Assembly (NCBI GenBank): GCA_050012475.1
Contig: JBEKHC010000003.1
Span: forward strand, 1 to 64,000
Length of the DNA stretch: 64,000 nucleotides
Reading direction: 5' to 3'
DNA from: Candidatus Velthaea sp.
GTDB lineage: Bacteria; Vulcanimicrobiota; Vulcanimicrobiia; Vulcanimicrobiales; Vulcanimicrobiaceae
Positions 9,358 through 19,245 of this stretch are shown in pieces (position 1 is the first letter of the stretch; each line of letters starts with the position of its first letter). The position numbers and the translations under genes were made by a program. The notes beneath the pieces are model-generated. The model was given only the letters and a program-made list of their open reading frames with translations, did no database searches and was not told the DNA's origin.

Positions 9358-10572
9358 CTTCGCTCCTATTGCGAATCGAAAAGTTGGGCTGCGCCCGCAT
9401 GAACGCGGTGCATCGAATGTACGTGGCATTTTACGATTCGAGAAATCATTATGCAACGTCGATAAGGACGATGCCATCTGAGTCTAAGAAAGCGCAGCCC
9501 GGGCAGGTCACCTTGCTGAGGGCCTACCTCGACAGTTTGCTTCCCTGACTTTTGCGAATCAAAACGCCGCCGCGTGCGAAAGACATTGTTACCACGGAAC
9601 GACAGTGACGCGGGAACGAAGTACGCTGTAAACGTAGCGGTTCTGCTGTCGTTCTACAGGGTCAGGATGACACGTTGCGAAGCGTCGAATAAATCGGCCC
9701 GGTCCTAGCCGACTTTGGTCGGTGCGGAAACTGTAAACATCTCGCATATATTCACCGCAGGCGCGACGCTGCGATTGCCGTCGCAACCTAACTCCGGAGC
9801 CCTTAGCCTCGGATCGCCGCGCGTTTCGTTTCTGCGCGACGCGTCAGACACGGATGACTAGCTCCGGTCGGTCTCGCGTGGCTCTGACTAAGCACAGTAG
9901 CCTCGACTGAATCACAACCGAGTGGTGCTTCTGAGACACGCATCGCGTACGGCCACGAGACGCTCGCTGTGCGCGACTGCTGCTTCTTGTTCCGACCCAC
10001 TCCGCGAATTGCACCACGGCGCGGTGCCACGCAGGTGACATTGTGTCACGATAAGCGGACCGTTATGTTTCCATCGCAGACGCGCTGCCGCTGGGTCCCT
10101 TCGCTTGCTATCGTCACACCAAACCTGCACGCCGCCACGCGCTGCCTCCGGCTCTTGCCCGCAGCTTTCGGGCGCGCGTTGAGATCAATGATCTCGCGCT
10201 CGATCGCGTCGTAATCGTCTTGGAAGACATGCCCTACCGATTGATCTCTTGCGCCGCTTGATGCGCAGCGCGCACGGCGCCGCGGGACCTCCCCAGCCGC
10301 TGCAGGCTGTTCTCATTTCGCTCGATACGAGGGCCACGGTTTCCGCCGCACTTGCAGATAACGCTCGTTTAATATCCGCTTCCTCAGAGTGAGGGGCCGC
10401 AGGTCGACCGATGTGTTCGCCGCGGCTTTTCGCTTGCCCGCATCCTGGCCAGGGTTCGTTCGCCGGAGCACATTGCGCTTCGAAGTTGTGCGACGGCGCC
10501 GAGGACGGCGTAGAGCATCCGGCCCGTGGCCGTCGCCGTGTCACATGAACGCGCGTCGTGGCCGTGCGGTGC

Positions 10573-11043
10573 TCAGTGAGCGGCGCCCTCGAGCACGTCG
10601 AATCGTTCACGAGAGCAAAGTACCACGTTGTGGCTGCGCTCAGCCCACTCTACGAGGGAGCTCATCGACTCGAGGAGCGATTCGCCGAGCGCGGTCAAGC
10701 GGTATTCAACACTCGGCGGTTTGGTCGCGAACACGTGGCGCGAAATCATGCCGTTGCGCTCGAGCGAGCGCAACGTCTGGGTGAGCATCCGCTTCGAGAT
10801 GTCGGGGATCGCGCGCCGCACCGCGCTAAAGCGCTGCGGCTCAGCGGCGAGCGACATGAGAATGAGCGTCGACCACTTGTCCCCGATGGAGTCGAGCAAA
10901 TCGCGCGTGGGGCAAAGCCATCCTTCCAAGCTTCGCCGTTGCCAATCAGCGAAGTACGCCGCGAAACGTGCACGCGCCGGGCCACAGGGTTCCTTCGCGG
11001 TAACCTCGGCACTTTGTTCTGCCTCATTGTAACTGACGATCAT
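10573..11043 (-). CDS. HxlR-family winged-helix transcriptional regulator
   Basis: [15 protein letters not shown]...RFS...[17 protein letters not shown]...[12 protein letters not shown]. Confidence 0.93.
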   Translation of the reverse strand: MIVSYNEAEQSAEVTAKEPCGPARARFAAYFADWQRRSLEGWLCPTRDLLDSIGDKWSTLILMSLAAEPQRFSAVRRAIPDISKRMLTQTLRSLERNGMISRHVFATKPPSVEYRLTALGESLLESMSSLVEWAERSHNVVLCSRERFDVLEGAAH

Positions 11044-11091
11044 GGTCTCTATTATAGTCCTATCCTCAATACGTTTCCTGGAAAGAACACG

Positions 11092-11214
11092 ATGTCAGTG
11101 AACAATCAACGCCTTTTCATCAGCGGAGCAAGCGGCCAGCTCGGCCGCCTCGTCGTCGAACACGTACGCCGTCTGAGCCCCGATGCCGTAGCCGCCGCTG
11201 TAGAACGTGGTTGA
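11092..11214 (+). pseudogene. NmrA/atypical SDR N-terminal stub
   Basis: [22 protein letters not shown] Rossmann start, ends after 40 aa; divergent from HxlR. Confidence 0.65.
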
Positions 11215-11653
11215 CGGACGAGCATTCCTGCTGTGGCTTCACGTCGGCGCGATGATGATCGCGTTCGCTGGGTTGCCGATTGCCGGAATTATCTTTCGGG
11301 TCATTGTGGTGCACGTTGACGAGCAACGGGTATTTCAGCTGCTGGCCGCCGCGTTTAGTCGCATCTTCGCAGCCGGCGGCATATCGGTCGGGATAGGAGT
11401 GGTATCCGGTCTGTTGCTTGCGCACAGATACGGTTACGCGTCTGGCTGGCTCGTGCTGGCCTATGTGCTTTCAACAATGGCGGCGCTTACCGGTATTCTG
11501 ATCGACGAACCATGGTCGCGACGTCTCGCCTCTGCGGATCCCCAAAATTTAGCGCTCGTCCGTAGCGCGTTGTTGCCACGTGTCGCTGCTCCACTCGGTA
11601 TCGCCCTTTGGCTCTCGGTGCTCTGGCTTATGATTGCAAAGCCGCCCCTATGA
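11207..11653 (+). CDS. DUF2269-like four-TM membrane protein
   Basis: LLWLHV..., GW..LAY and C-terminal WLMIAKP motif. Confidence 0.75.
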   Translation: MVDGRAFLLWLHVGAMMIAFAGLPIAGIIFRVIVVHVDEQRVFQLLAAAFSRIFAAGGISVGIGVVSGLLLAHRYGYASGWLVLAYVLSTMAALTGILIDEPWSRRLASADPQNLALVRSALLPRVAAPLGIALWLSVLWLMIAKPPL

Positions 11654-11760
11654 ATACTGCTGCAAAGTCGCTGCTTTTCAATCGCGACCCGAATGTCGTC
11701 GAGACGATCAGCGCCATTTCAAACTGGTGTGCGAAACACCAAGAAAGATAAAGATTAAAT

Positions 11761-12390
11761 ATGAAAGTCCTTGTGTTAGGAGCAACGGGCGGAACCGGAC
11801 GGCTGATCGTCCGGGACGCGTTGGCAAAAGGTCACTCCGTCGTGGCCTTGGTGCGCTCAAAAGCGAGCGCTCCTGATCTTCGCGGAGCAAACGTAGTCGA
11901 GGGCGATGCTCGTGACGAAGCCGCTCTCTTGAGGGCCTTGGATGGCTGCGATGCCGTCGTTAGCTCGCTCGGCACCGGCATGAGCTTATATGGCGAGGTC
12001 ACGCTGCTCTCGGTCGCTACACCCGCGCTGGTCGCCGCAATGACACGCAGCGGTGTGCGACGGCTGGTGTGCATCAGCGCTTTAGGGGTCGGCGATAGTC
12101 GTGGTCACGGCGGATTCGTTTTCGACAACCTGTTCCAGCCGCTGCTGCTCCGCAATGCTTACAAAGACAAGAACCGCCAGGAAGACGCTATCCGCGCTAG
12201 CTCACTCGACTGGATCGTCGTGCGGCCTGGCGCGCTCAACGATGAGCCGGCCCGCGGGAACGTCAGGGCCTTCACAGACCTCGCAGGCTTTCACGGCGGC
12301 AAGATAGCTCGCGCCGATGTCGCTCGCTTCGTAGTGGATCAGTTGACGACCGACACGTGGTTGAGACGGACACCTCTCACCGTGTGGTGA
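11761..12390 (+). CDS. NAD(P)H-binding flavin reductase-like protein (atypical SDR)
   Basis: VLVLGATGGTG, GCDAVVSSLG, DK..QE, LDW.VVRPG, IARADVA. Confidence 0.92.
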   Translation: MKVLVLGATGGTGRLIVRDALAKGHSVVALVRSKASAPDLRGANVVEGDARDEAALLRALDGCDAVVSSLGTGMSLYGEVTLLSVATPALVAAMTRSGVRRLVCISALGVGDSRGHGGFVFDNLFQPLLLRNAYKDKNRQEDAIRASSLDWIVVRPGALNDEPARGNVRAFTDLAGFHGGKIARADVARFVVDQLTTDTWLRRTPLTVW

Positions 12391-12517
12391 GAGGGTGCAG
12401 AAAACTTTGGTCTTATAGATGGTAAGACCGGACCGCACGCGCGGCAACGATTTGTATCCTCCGCCGGGCGCATCGCCTACTCACACGCATAGGCTTTAGC
12501 ATCGTACATGTTACGAT

Positions 12518-12841
12518 TTAGCTCGCGTTCGGCGTGTCTGCAATTTCCCGAGGCGTGCGCCCGTCCGGTGCTGGGACGACATCCAGATTGCTCACAAGTT
12601 GCCGGATCGCTTCGGCGTCGCCCTCCAGTGCGAGTCGTTCCTCTTCACGAATCGGAATCTCTTCGTACAGCGCCTCATTCGCGCCGGCTGCTGCCAGCAA
12701 ACTGCCTTTTGTTGACTCTTTCGGCACGTAGTAACCGCACCAAGCGCATGCCATGCGATGCGGACAGCGTGAAAAAAATCGATCCGTGCAATAACCATGT
12801 CCAAGATCGTAAGCACGGTAAGCGGCACCTTGAGCGATCAT
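12518..12841 (-). pseudogene. C-terminal remnant of a tyrosine recombinase/integrase
   Basis: YDLGHGYCT..FF..CPHRMACA.C.YYVPK is a Cys-rich tail I recognise from a family of large tyrosine recombinases; catalytic domain absent. Confidence 0.65.
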
Positions 12842-13083
12842 CCGCCAAGCTCCTTGACCGCTTGACGCAAATAATCAAGTTTCACTTGATCGAATGTACG
12901 GCGTCGGATGGCAGTCTGTAGATCGTTTACGGACTATTATGCGACCGACCGATCCAGGCATCGTTATTGCGGTATCGTTGACGACCAATCGAGCAGATGA
13001 TCTAACTGATATGAAGGGTCCATGAATGTAATTGTGGCGTCGTCCAGCGACGGTCTAACAAATGGTGCCGCGAACCCGAAGTC

Positions 13084-13362
13084 TTAGTCGTACGAAGCGC
13101 GGACCTTCGAGAGCAACGTTCGGGCAATTGCAAGACGCCCGTCGCCGAAGAGCACCTCGACGTCGTAGTCCGGGTACACCGCACCAAAACGGCGGCGCCG
13201 CCAATCGGCGACACTGAACGAGCCGCGCGCGATACGTTCGCGATTGCGCGCATAGCTGCGTAGATTCGTCTTTGGCGTTTGGACTTTTGACGCTGGGCGG
13301 ATCCGCACGGCAAAACCTTCAAATTTCTCGATTTCCGCAGCAATGCGATCTATATTCGGCAC
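13084..13362 (-). CDS. Conserved hypothetical basic protein (92 aa)
   Basis: EGFAVRI...SVADW...RF...YPDYDVEVL.GDG...TLLSKVRASY pattern; protein-like composition. Confidence 0.65.
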   Translation of the reverse strand: MPNIDRIAAEIEKFEGFAVRIRPASKVQTPKTNLRSYARNRERIARGSFSVADWRRRRFGAVYPDYDVEVLFGDGRLAIARTLLSKVRASYD

Positions 13363-13588
13363 GCTGCGCTAATTTGCGATCTAACTCGAATCGCCTTGAA
13401 CAACTCGACCCCAGTATCCACATTCCGCGCACATCGGCGACGTGCTCTGTCCGGTGTCAGTTGATTCGTGCAGGCTTGGCGATTGACTTCGAGTTGCTCA
13501 ACCAGAGGTCGATCCTTTACCCGCAATTGGCGACTGTCATGGTACACATCGTCAGGAACGTGTCGCACTGGCGTGCCCACGTTCACCC

Positions 13589-14575
13589 TTAACGTGACAG
13601 GATCGCACGTTGACCTGTCCCGATCGCTACGCATGACATCGGGTCTTCGGCGACGATAACCGGGATGCCGGTAACCTCGCCTAGCAAGGTATCGAGTCCA
13701 CGGAGCAGCGCGCCGCCTCCGGCCAAGATCATCCCGCGATCGATGAGATCGGCCTCAAGTTCGGGCGGCGTTTTCTCAAGGACGGTCTTGACGGCTTCAA
13801 CGATTTCCTGCACGAGTTCCGAGAGCGTTTCGCGCACTTCTTCACTCGTAATCTTCACCGTTTTGGGCAAGCCGTTAATGAGGTCCCGGCCGCGAATCTC
13901 CATCGCCAGTTCGGTTTCCAGCCGATACGCCGACCCAATTTTGATTTTGATCTCCTCGGCCGTGCGTTCGCCGATCATCAAGTTGTAGGCGCGCCGGATG
14001 TGACGGGTGATCGCTTCATCGAGTTTGTTGCCGGCCACGCGAATCGATTGCGACACGACGATCCCCCCCAGCGAGATCACCGCGACGTCAGTCGTGCCGC
14101 CGCCGATGTCGACGACCATGTTGCCCGAAGGACCGTCGACCGGCAAACCCGCGCCGATCGCCGCCGCCATCGGTTCTTCAATGATGTCCACCGAACGAGC
14201 GCCGGCAAGTTTCGCCGCGTCGCGCACCGCACGTTCTTCGACCGACGAGATCTGGGCGGGAACGCAGATAACCACTGAGGGTTTGGGCAGGAAGATGGAG
14301 GCAAGAAACGAGCGGTGCTTCATCACTTTCTTGATGAAATAGCTCAGCATCGCTTCGGTCACCTCGAAATCGGCGATCACGCCGTCGCGCAGCGGCCGGA
14401 TCGCTTGAATATGCGCAGGCGTCTTGCCCAGCGTTTGGCGAGCTTCCTCGCCCACGGCAAGGATTTTGTTGGTGCGGATGTCTATCGCGACCACGGACGG
14501 CTCGCGCAAAACGATCCCTTTTCCCTTCACGTAGACCACTACGTTGGCCGTGCCGAGGTCAATGCCGATGTCGAT
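13589..14575 (-). CDS. mreB: Rod shape-determining protein MreB (orphan copy; apparent start codon is ATC)
   Basis: [84 protein letters not shown] 8 nt upstream of ATC at 14575. Confidence 0.93.
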   Translation of the reverse strand: MDIGIDLGTANVVVYVKGKGIVLREPSVVAIDIRTNKILAVGEEARQTLGKTPAHIQAIRPLRDGVIADFEVTEAMLSYFIKKVMKHRSFLASIFLPKPSVVICVPAQISSVEERAVRDAAKLAGARSVDIIEEPMAAAIGAGLPVDGPSGNMVVDIGGGTTDVAVISLGGIVVSQSIRVAGNKLDEAITRHIRRAYNLMIGERTAEEIKIKIGSAYRLETELAMEIRGRDLINGLPKTVKITSEEVRETLSELVQEIVEAVKTVLEKTPPELEADLIDRGMILAGGGALLRGLDTLLGEVTGIPVIVAEDPMSCVAIGTGQRAILSR

Positions 14576-14830
14576 GGTGAGTGCCTCTCTCGCTGAGATT
14601 GTGCGAGTCTTTGTGCCGGATTGGTTGGCCGCGCAATTGTCCCGGACCGCTCGCACCGGACACGTCGCCGACCGCGTTTCCTTTGAAAGATCGTTCAAGG
14701 CGGATTCCTCGCGAGGGTCGACGTGCCGGCCGAGTGCCCGTGGCTCACCTGTGCGTCTTTGGCGCTGCTCGCAGCCTCGAACAGACTGATTCCATCGGGC
14801 TTCCCAGAGGCGCGGCAGGAACGGGGCCCC

Positions 14831-14856
14831 GAATATCGGCCGCGAGCACGGACGTC
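14831..14856 (+). promoter_or_regulatory. Candidate ECF promoter GAATA-N17-CGTC
   Basis: Same geometry as the four copies at 19.1 and 20.8 kb; about 30 nt upstream of the cupin ATG. Confidence 0.45.
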
Positions 14857-14887
14857 CGGCCATGAGTCGCCGGAAAGGCACGCATCG

Positions 14888-15331
14888 ATGGGAGCAATAC
14901 ACCACGTCCCGCCGGGTTCGGGAACATGCATCACCTACGCCGGTCAGCGAATCAATCTCAAGGTCACCGCCGCGGAGTCCGGCGGCGAGGTGATGATCAT
15001 GGAGGACGCGATCGACGCCGGGGCCGGTCCGCCGTTGCACGTCCACGAGCGCGAGAACGAGGCATATTACGTTCTCGAAGGCGAGTTCGAGTTCGTCTGT
15101 GGCGAGGATTGGGTCACCGGCGGTCCCGGCACGTTCGTCTACGCGACCCGCGGCGTCCCCCATCGCTATCGCAACGTCGGGCCCTCGACCGGCCGTCTTC
15201 TGTTCACCTTCACCCCTGCCGGGATCGAGGCTTTCTTCACCGAGCTCGGAAACGAACCGAACCTCACCCGCGAACGGCTCGGCGAGATCATGCGCGCGCA
15301 CGGAATCACGCTCGTGCCAGAACCCGGCTGA
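14888..15331 (+). CDS. Cupin domain protein
   Basis: [19 protein letters not shown] and VPHRYRN cupin motifs. Confidence 0.9.
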   Translation: MGAIHHVPPGSGTCITYAGQRINLKVTAAESGGEVMIMEDAIDAGAGPPLHVHERENEAYYVLEGEFEFVCGEDWVTGGPGTFVYATRGVPHRYRNVGPSTGRLLFTFTPAGIEAFFTELGNEPNLTRERLGEIMRAHGITLVPEPG

Positions 15332-15344
15332 GCGAGGCCTGATG

Positions 15345-15383
15345 CGAAAACGGTTCGCACGACATGGCGGGCCGTTTTCGTTT
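15345..15383 (+). terminator. Intrinsic terminator-like hairpin after the cupin gene
   Basis: CGAAAACGG...CCGTTTTCG followed by TTT. Confidence 0.5.
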
Positions 15384-15704
15384 GCGCTTGTCGATTGGTG
15401 ATCTTCGCGAAGATAAGTTCCGACGACGGACGCTGCTGGCTATTGCAAGGAACACGCCCGGCGCGTAGCACTTTATCGACATCATTCAGAAGACTGAGCA
15501 ATTAGCGATCGCAGAAAACGCAGTAAAGGAGGCCGGTAGCGCTGCGTCTTAGCTGGTGATTCGCTAGGCAACGAAGGCCGGGCCCAGCAACAAGCGTCGG
15601 CTTTGCGGCACTCGCTTTCGCCGGCGATTTCGCTGCCGCGACGAACGCCTTTGTCTTTGCGCCTTTTGTCGGCACGGCGATCGGGACGGGTTTACTTTCG
15701 GCTT

Positions 15705-15788
15705 CGCTAGTGTAACAGGTTTCGTTTTTGTTTTCGATACTGACTTAGCCGGAACAATGGGTTTCGTTTTCGTTTTCGGTACCGGCTT
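15705..15788. repeat. Two imperfect 42-bp tandem repeats
   Basis: Minus strand reads KPVPKTKTKPIVPA / KSVSKTKTKPVTLA. Confidence 0.6.
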
Positions 15789-16040
15789 TTTCGGGAGAAC
15801 TCGCTTCGCCGTCGTATCGTAAAGTCGGAGCCTACCAGCACGGCCTGTACGCGGCTGTGGTTCTTGAATGCTTCGCGACGGTTGGAACGACGGGGCCGAC
15901 TTCCGGACTTTCGTCGCCGATCGTGTCTGGGCGGCGGCTTGCCGTTCCCAGCACTTAGTCGACTGGCGAGTCCGAAAATCGACACAACGGCAGCCCGGAT
16001 ACGTAGGGCCGAGAGCAGAGATGAATAGAGTGAGCGAACG

Positions 16041-17279
16041 TTACGGAGCGTTCGCGCGATCAAGTTCTGCGATTCTTCCGGCGATGAATGTCCGCTCCGC
16101 TTCTTGGCTTGTAAGCGCGAGAGCACTCGCATACGCCAATCTTGCCTCTTCGACTCTCCCGAGGCGGCGGTACATGTCGGCGCGCGCGGCGTGAGCAAAT
16201 CGATAGTCACTCAGCTCTCCGCCTGCCAATAGTTCGTCAATGATGGCTAAAGCGGCGGCCGGGCCGTCGCGCATCGCGATCGCCGCCGCACGATTGAGCC
16301 CGACGATCGCGGACGGATCGAGTTCGAACAATATGTCGTACAGGTTGATGATTCTGGCCCAATCCGTCGCTTCCGGTCGGGGCGATTCGGTATGGACCTG
16401 CGCGATGGACGCCTGGCACGCGTAGCGTCCCAGGGGTCCGGACAGGAGGGCGCGCTCCAGGAATGAGCTGGCCTGGGATATCTCTGCTCGATCCCACTTC
16501 GAGCGGTCCTGGTCGTCAAGGAGAACCAGCTCTCCCGACGGCCCCGTTCGCGCGTTGAGGCGAGCGTGATGGAACATCATGAGCGCCAGCAGCCCATAGA
16601 CCTCTGCTTCGTGCACTATATCAGCGATCAGCCGCGTCAAGCGAATTGCCTCCGCGCAGAGGTCGACGCGCACCAACGCCTCACCGAAAGACGCCTCGTA
16701 TCCTTCATTGAAGAGCAGATAGATCACGTGTAGAACGCCGCGCAAACGCTGCGACAGCTCCGTGCGAGGCGGCAACTCATATGAAATCACGGCATCCCGA
16801 ATTTTGGACTTGGCGCGAACGATGCGCTGAGCGATCGCCGAGGGCTTCGCGACAAACGCCTGCGCGATCTCCTCGGTCGTCAACCCGCACGCCTCGCGGA
16901 GCGTAAGGGTGATCTGAGAATCCAAAGCAAGGGCAGGATGACAACAAAGGAAGATCAAGCGTAAATCGTCATCCGGGACATAGTTGAGATCGAGGCCCAA
17001 TTCTTCGGTCCCCTGCGACTCCTGTGCCAAGCGTTTCAAGGAAACATCGTAGCGAGCGCGCCGCCGTATCGCATCGATCGCCTGAAAGCGCCCGGTCGAT
17101 ATCAGCCAAGAGCGTGGGTTGCGAGGCATTCCCTCACGAGGCCACTGCTCGGCCGCCGCCAGAAACGCTTCATGCAGCGCGTCTTCCGCTAGATCGAGGT
17201 CACCAAGGAGCCGAATCAGGGTGGCGAGGACGTGGCGGGACTCTGTCTCGTAGATCGACTCCAGGTCCCCGGGTATCAC
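16041..17279 (-). CDS. ECF sigma factor with C-terminal TPR extension (ECF42 type)
   Basis: DDDLRLIFLCCHPAL, GLTTEEIA.AF, QRIVRAK, IYLLFNEGY, LLDDQDRSKWD, TDWARI; coupled to a DGPF gene. Confidence 0.92.
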   Translation of the reverse strand: MIPGDLESIYETESRHVLATLIRLLGDLDLAEDALHEAFLAAAEQWPREGMPRNPRSWLISTGRFQAIDAIRRRARYDVSLKRLAQESQGTEELGLDLNYVPDDDLRLIFLCCHPALALDSQITLTLREACGLTTEEIAQAFVAKPSAIAQRIVRAKSKIRDAVISYELPPRTELSQRLRGVLHVIYLLFNEGYEASFGEALVRVDLCAEAIRLTRLIADIVHEAEVYGLLALMMFHHARLNARTGPSGELVLLDDQDRSKWDRAEISQASSFLERALLSGPLGRYACQASIAQVHTESPRPEATDWARIINLYDILFELDPSAIVGLNRAAAIAMRDGPAAALAIIDELLAGGELSDYRFAHAARADMYRRLGRVEEARLAYASALALTSQEAERTFIAGRIAELDRANAP

Positions 17280-17635
17280 AAGCTCTCGGGCAGGTCACGC
17301 ATTGGTCGTATTTCGATCGTATCCCAGCGCACGGCGGGAATGCCCGAAGCGATGCGTATCGCCTCGTTGAGATCCCGCGCTTCGATCAAGAAAAAGCCGC
17401 CCAGTTGCTCCTTCGTCTCGGCGAATGGGCCGTCGGTCATCGACAGCCGACCATCCCGCATGCGGATGGTGGTCGCGGTGTGCGCTGGCTCGAGCGGATG
17501 TGTCACGATCAAATGACCCTTTCGCCGGAGTTCGTCGCGGTAGGCTACCGTCTCGGCCCCTAGGGTCTTCATTTCGCTCGCCGACAGCGGATCGTCGAGA
17601 TTCCCGTCGCCGTAGATCAAGCAAGCATACTTCAT
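17276..17635 (-). CDS. YciI/DGPFAETKE family protein
   Basis: TDGPFAETKEQLGGF motif; GTGA overlap with the ECF42 gene. Confidence 0.93.
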   Translation of the reverse strand: MKYACLIYGDGNLDDPLSASEMKTLGAETVAYRDELRRKGHLIVTHPLEPAHTATTIRMRDGRLSMTDGPFAETKEQLGGFFLIEARDLNEAIRIASGIPAVRWDTIEIRPMRDLPESL

Positions 17636-17656
17636 TACCGTTCCCTCCTGACCATG

Positions 17657-17683
17657 GTCGTTCGGCGGGACCGGAAATCGACA
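17657..17683 (-). promoter_or_regulatory. ECF42-type promoter TGTCGA-N17-CGAC for the DGPF-sigma operon
   Basis: Matches the known ECF42 consensus (TGTCGA / CGA-TC); directly upstream of the RBS. Confidence 0.7.
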
Positions 17684-17748
17684 GCCCCGCCACGGCGACC
17701 TTAGCCCTGCTCGCAGCCGGGCCTAGAACGGCGGTGTGTGCTCCGCAA

Positions 17749-17775
17749 TGTCGATTGGGGCGGGGATTGTTCGAC
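17749..17775 (+). promoter_or_regulatory. ECF42-type promoter TGTCGA-N17-CGAC for the MFS gene
   Basis: Identical boxes and spacer to the divergent copy. Confidence 0.7.
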
Positions 17776-17824
17776 AAGAGGTATCAGCGCGCTCCAGGGG
17801 CGCCCTCACGGGAGATACCTCGCA

Positions 17825-19021
17825 ATGAATACCGCCACGCGTAAGGACCCTTTGATTATCAAACTGCTGCCCATCCTGGGCATCACGTTCATCGACAGCC
17901 TGGGGTTCACGATCTTAGTCCCCCTGATGCCGTATTTCGTGAAACACTTCGGAGCCTCGGACACGGTCGTCGGTTGTCTGTTCGCAACGTTCGCGTTCTG
18001 CCAGTTCGTGGGCGGTCCGGTGTGGGGTGACGTCAGCGATCGCATCGGGCGCAAGGCAGTGCTGATTGTGTCGCAGATCGGCGCGACGGTCGGATGGGTG
18101 ATGCTCGCATTTGCACCCAATATTGGGATCGTCTTCCTGGCCCGCGTTATCGAGGGCTTTTCAGGCGGCAACATCAGCGTAACCCAGGCCTACGTGTCGG
18201 ATCTTGTCGAGCCGGAGAAGCGTGGCCGGGCGTTCGCCTACGCGGGCGCGGCCTTCAGCGCGGGCCTCGTGTTCGGTCCACTGGCGGGCGGTTTTCTGGT
18301 TGCACGTTACGGCTTCTCGACCCCGTTTCTGGTCGCGGCCGCGCTCCAAGTCGTCACGGTGATCCTGACGGTCGTCGTATTGCCGGATTCGCGCACAGCC
18401 GAGGCAAGCGAGAAGCCAGCGAGTTGGAGCGACATCAAGTCCTCGCTGCTCGAGCGACGTGTCGCGCCGGTCCTTTGGCAGAAGCTCGCCTATTCGCTCG
18501 GCTTCTACGGCTGGACGTCCGTATTCACCCTGGTGCTGCAGTCGCAGTTTGGGTTCGATGCGGCGAACGCCAGCTACGTTTTCTGTGCCTTCGGGCTGAT
18601 GATGGCGATCTTCCAAGCCGGTGTCGTCGGCCGCTTCACCGACGTGCTCGGCGACCGCACCGCATCCAATGTTGGACTCATCGTGCTGCTCGTCGGGTTT
18701 GCCATCGTGCCGTTCGCGCACACGATTCCGCTGGCGATTCCTCTGATTGCATGCCTCTCGCTTGGCCTCGCGCTCGTCAACGCCACGATCCCGGCGTTGC
18801 TGTCTGCGCTCGCACCCGACAACATGCGCGGGTCGATTCTTGGCAGCGCGTCGTCGCTCGACAGTGTGAGCGGTGTCGTAATGCCGGTGCTCTCGATCGG
18901 CGTATTGCAGGTTTCGGGTGTCGCGTCGACCGTGGCGGTCTCCTTCGGTCTGACGACTGCTGCGCTGATCATGGGCTTGGCAGCGCACCGCGCCACATCG
19001 CGCACGGCCGGCGCGTTGTGA
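17825..19021 (+). CDS. MFS transporter (TetA/DHA1-like)
   Basis: About 12 TM segments; motif A GDVSDRIGRK; ARVIEGFSGGN; GLVFGPLAGG. Confidence 0.92.
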   Translation: MNTATRKDPLIIKLLPILGITFIDSLGFTILVPLMPYFVKHFGASDTVVGCLFATFAFCQFVGGPVWGDVSDRIGRKAVLIVSQIGATVGWVMLAFAPNIGIVFLARVIEGFSGGNISVTQAYVSDLVEPEKRGRAFAYAGAAFSAGLVFGPLAGGFLVARYGFSTPFLVAAALQVVTVILTVVVLPDSRTAEASEKPASWSDIKSSLLERRVAPVLWQKLAYSLGFYGWTSVFTLVLQSQFGFDAANASYVFCAFGLMMAIFQAGVVGRFTDVLGDRTASNVGLIVLLVGFAIVPFAHTIPLAIPLIACLSLGLALVNATIPALLSALAPDNMRGSILGSASSLDSVSGVVMPVLSIGVLQVSGVASTVAVSFGLTTAALIMGLAAHRATSRTAGAL

Positions 19022-19079
19022 TTCGTGACATCGACATCGCGCTCGTATTAGTCGTCGGTCATTCGTTAGCACCATTCTG

Positions 19080-19195
19080 AGTGATGTGCCTTCGTGACGA
19101 ACGAGGGCGCCAAGAGAATTCAGCCCACGTTCTGCCGGTCACCGGCTCGTGCAGAATCTTTTCTCCGCCTTCGTTCGTCACAAAGGCACATCACT
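19080..19195. promoter_or_regulatory. Palindromic cassette of two divergent ECF promoters (GAATY-N17-CGTC)
   Basis: 30-bp inverted arms matching at 28/30; promoters at 19096-19121 (-) and 19154-19179 (+); homologous to 20750-20850. Confidence 0.7.
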
Positions 19196-19245
19196 AAGAA
19201 TGCCCAAGCGCGGGCAGATTCATCAAAGAATTAAAGAGGATAACC

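Noticed and set aside
9610..9740. GGGAA / ACTGTAAAC snippets suggesting a cobalamin riboswitch
   Set aside because: Core elements (GCCACTG, B12 box) are absent and there is no B12-related gene downstream.
14576..15301. N-terminal 240 aa of the 570-aa ORF, which looks like an MreB fusion
   Set aside because: It is the antisense read-through of the cupin gene and intergenic DNA; MreB homology starts at 14575.
18161..19075. 304-aa antisense ORF over the MFS gene
   Set aside because: Arg-rich shadow frame typical of GC-rich DNA; no domain.
19080..19195. 30-bp inverted repeats as a MITE
   Set aside because: No target-site duplication or transposase; the arms are explained by two divergent ECF promoters, and the second copy lacks the full left arm.
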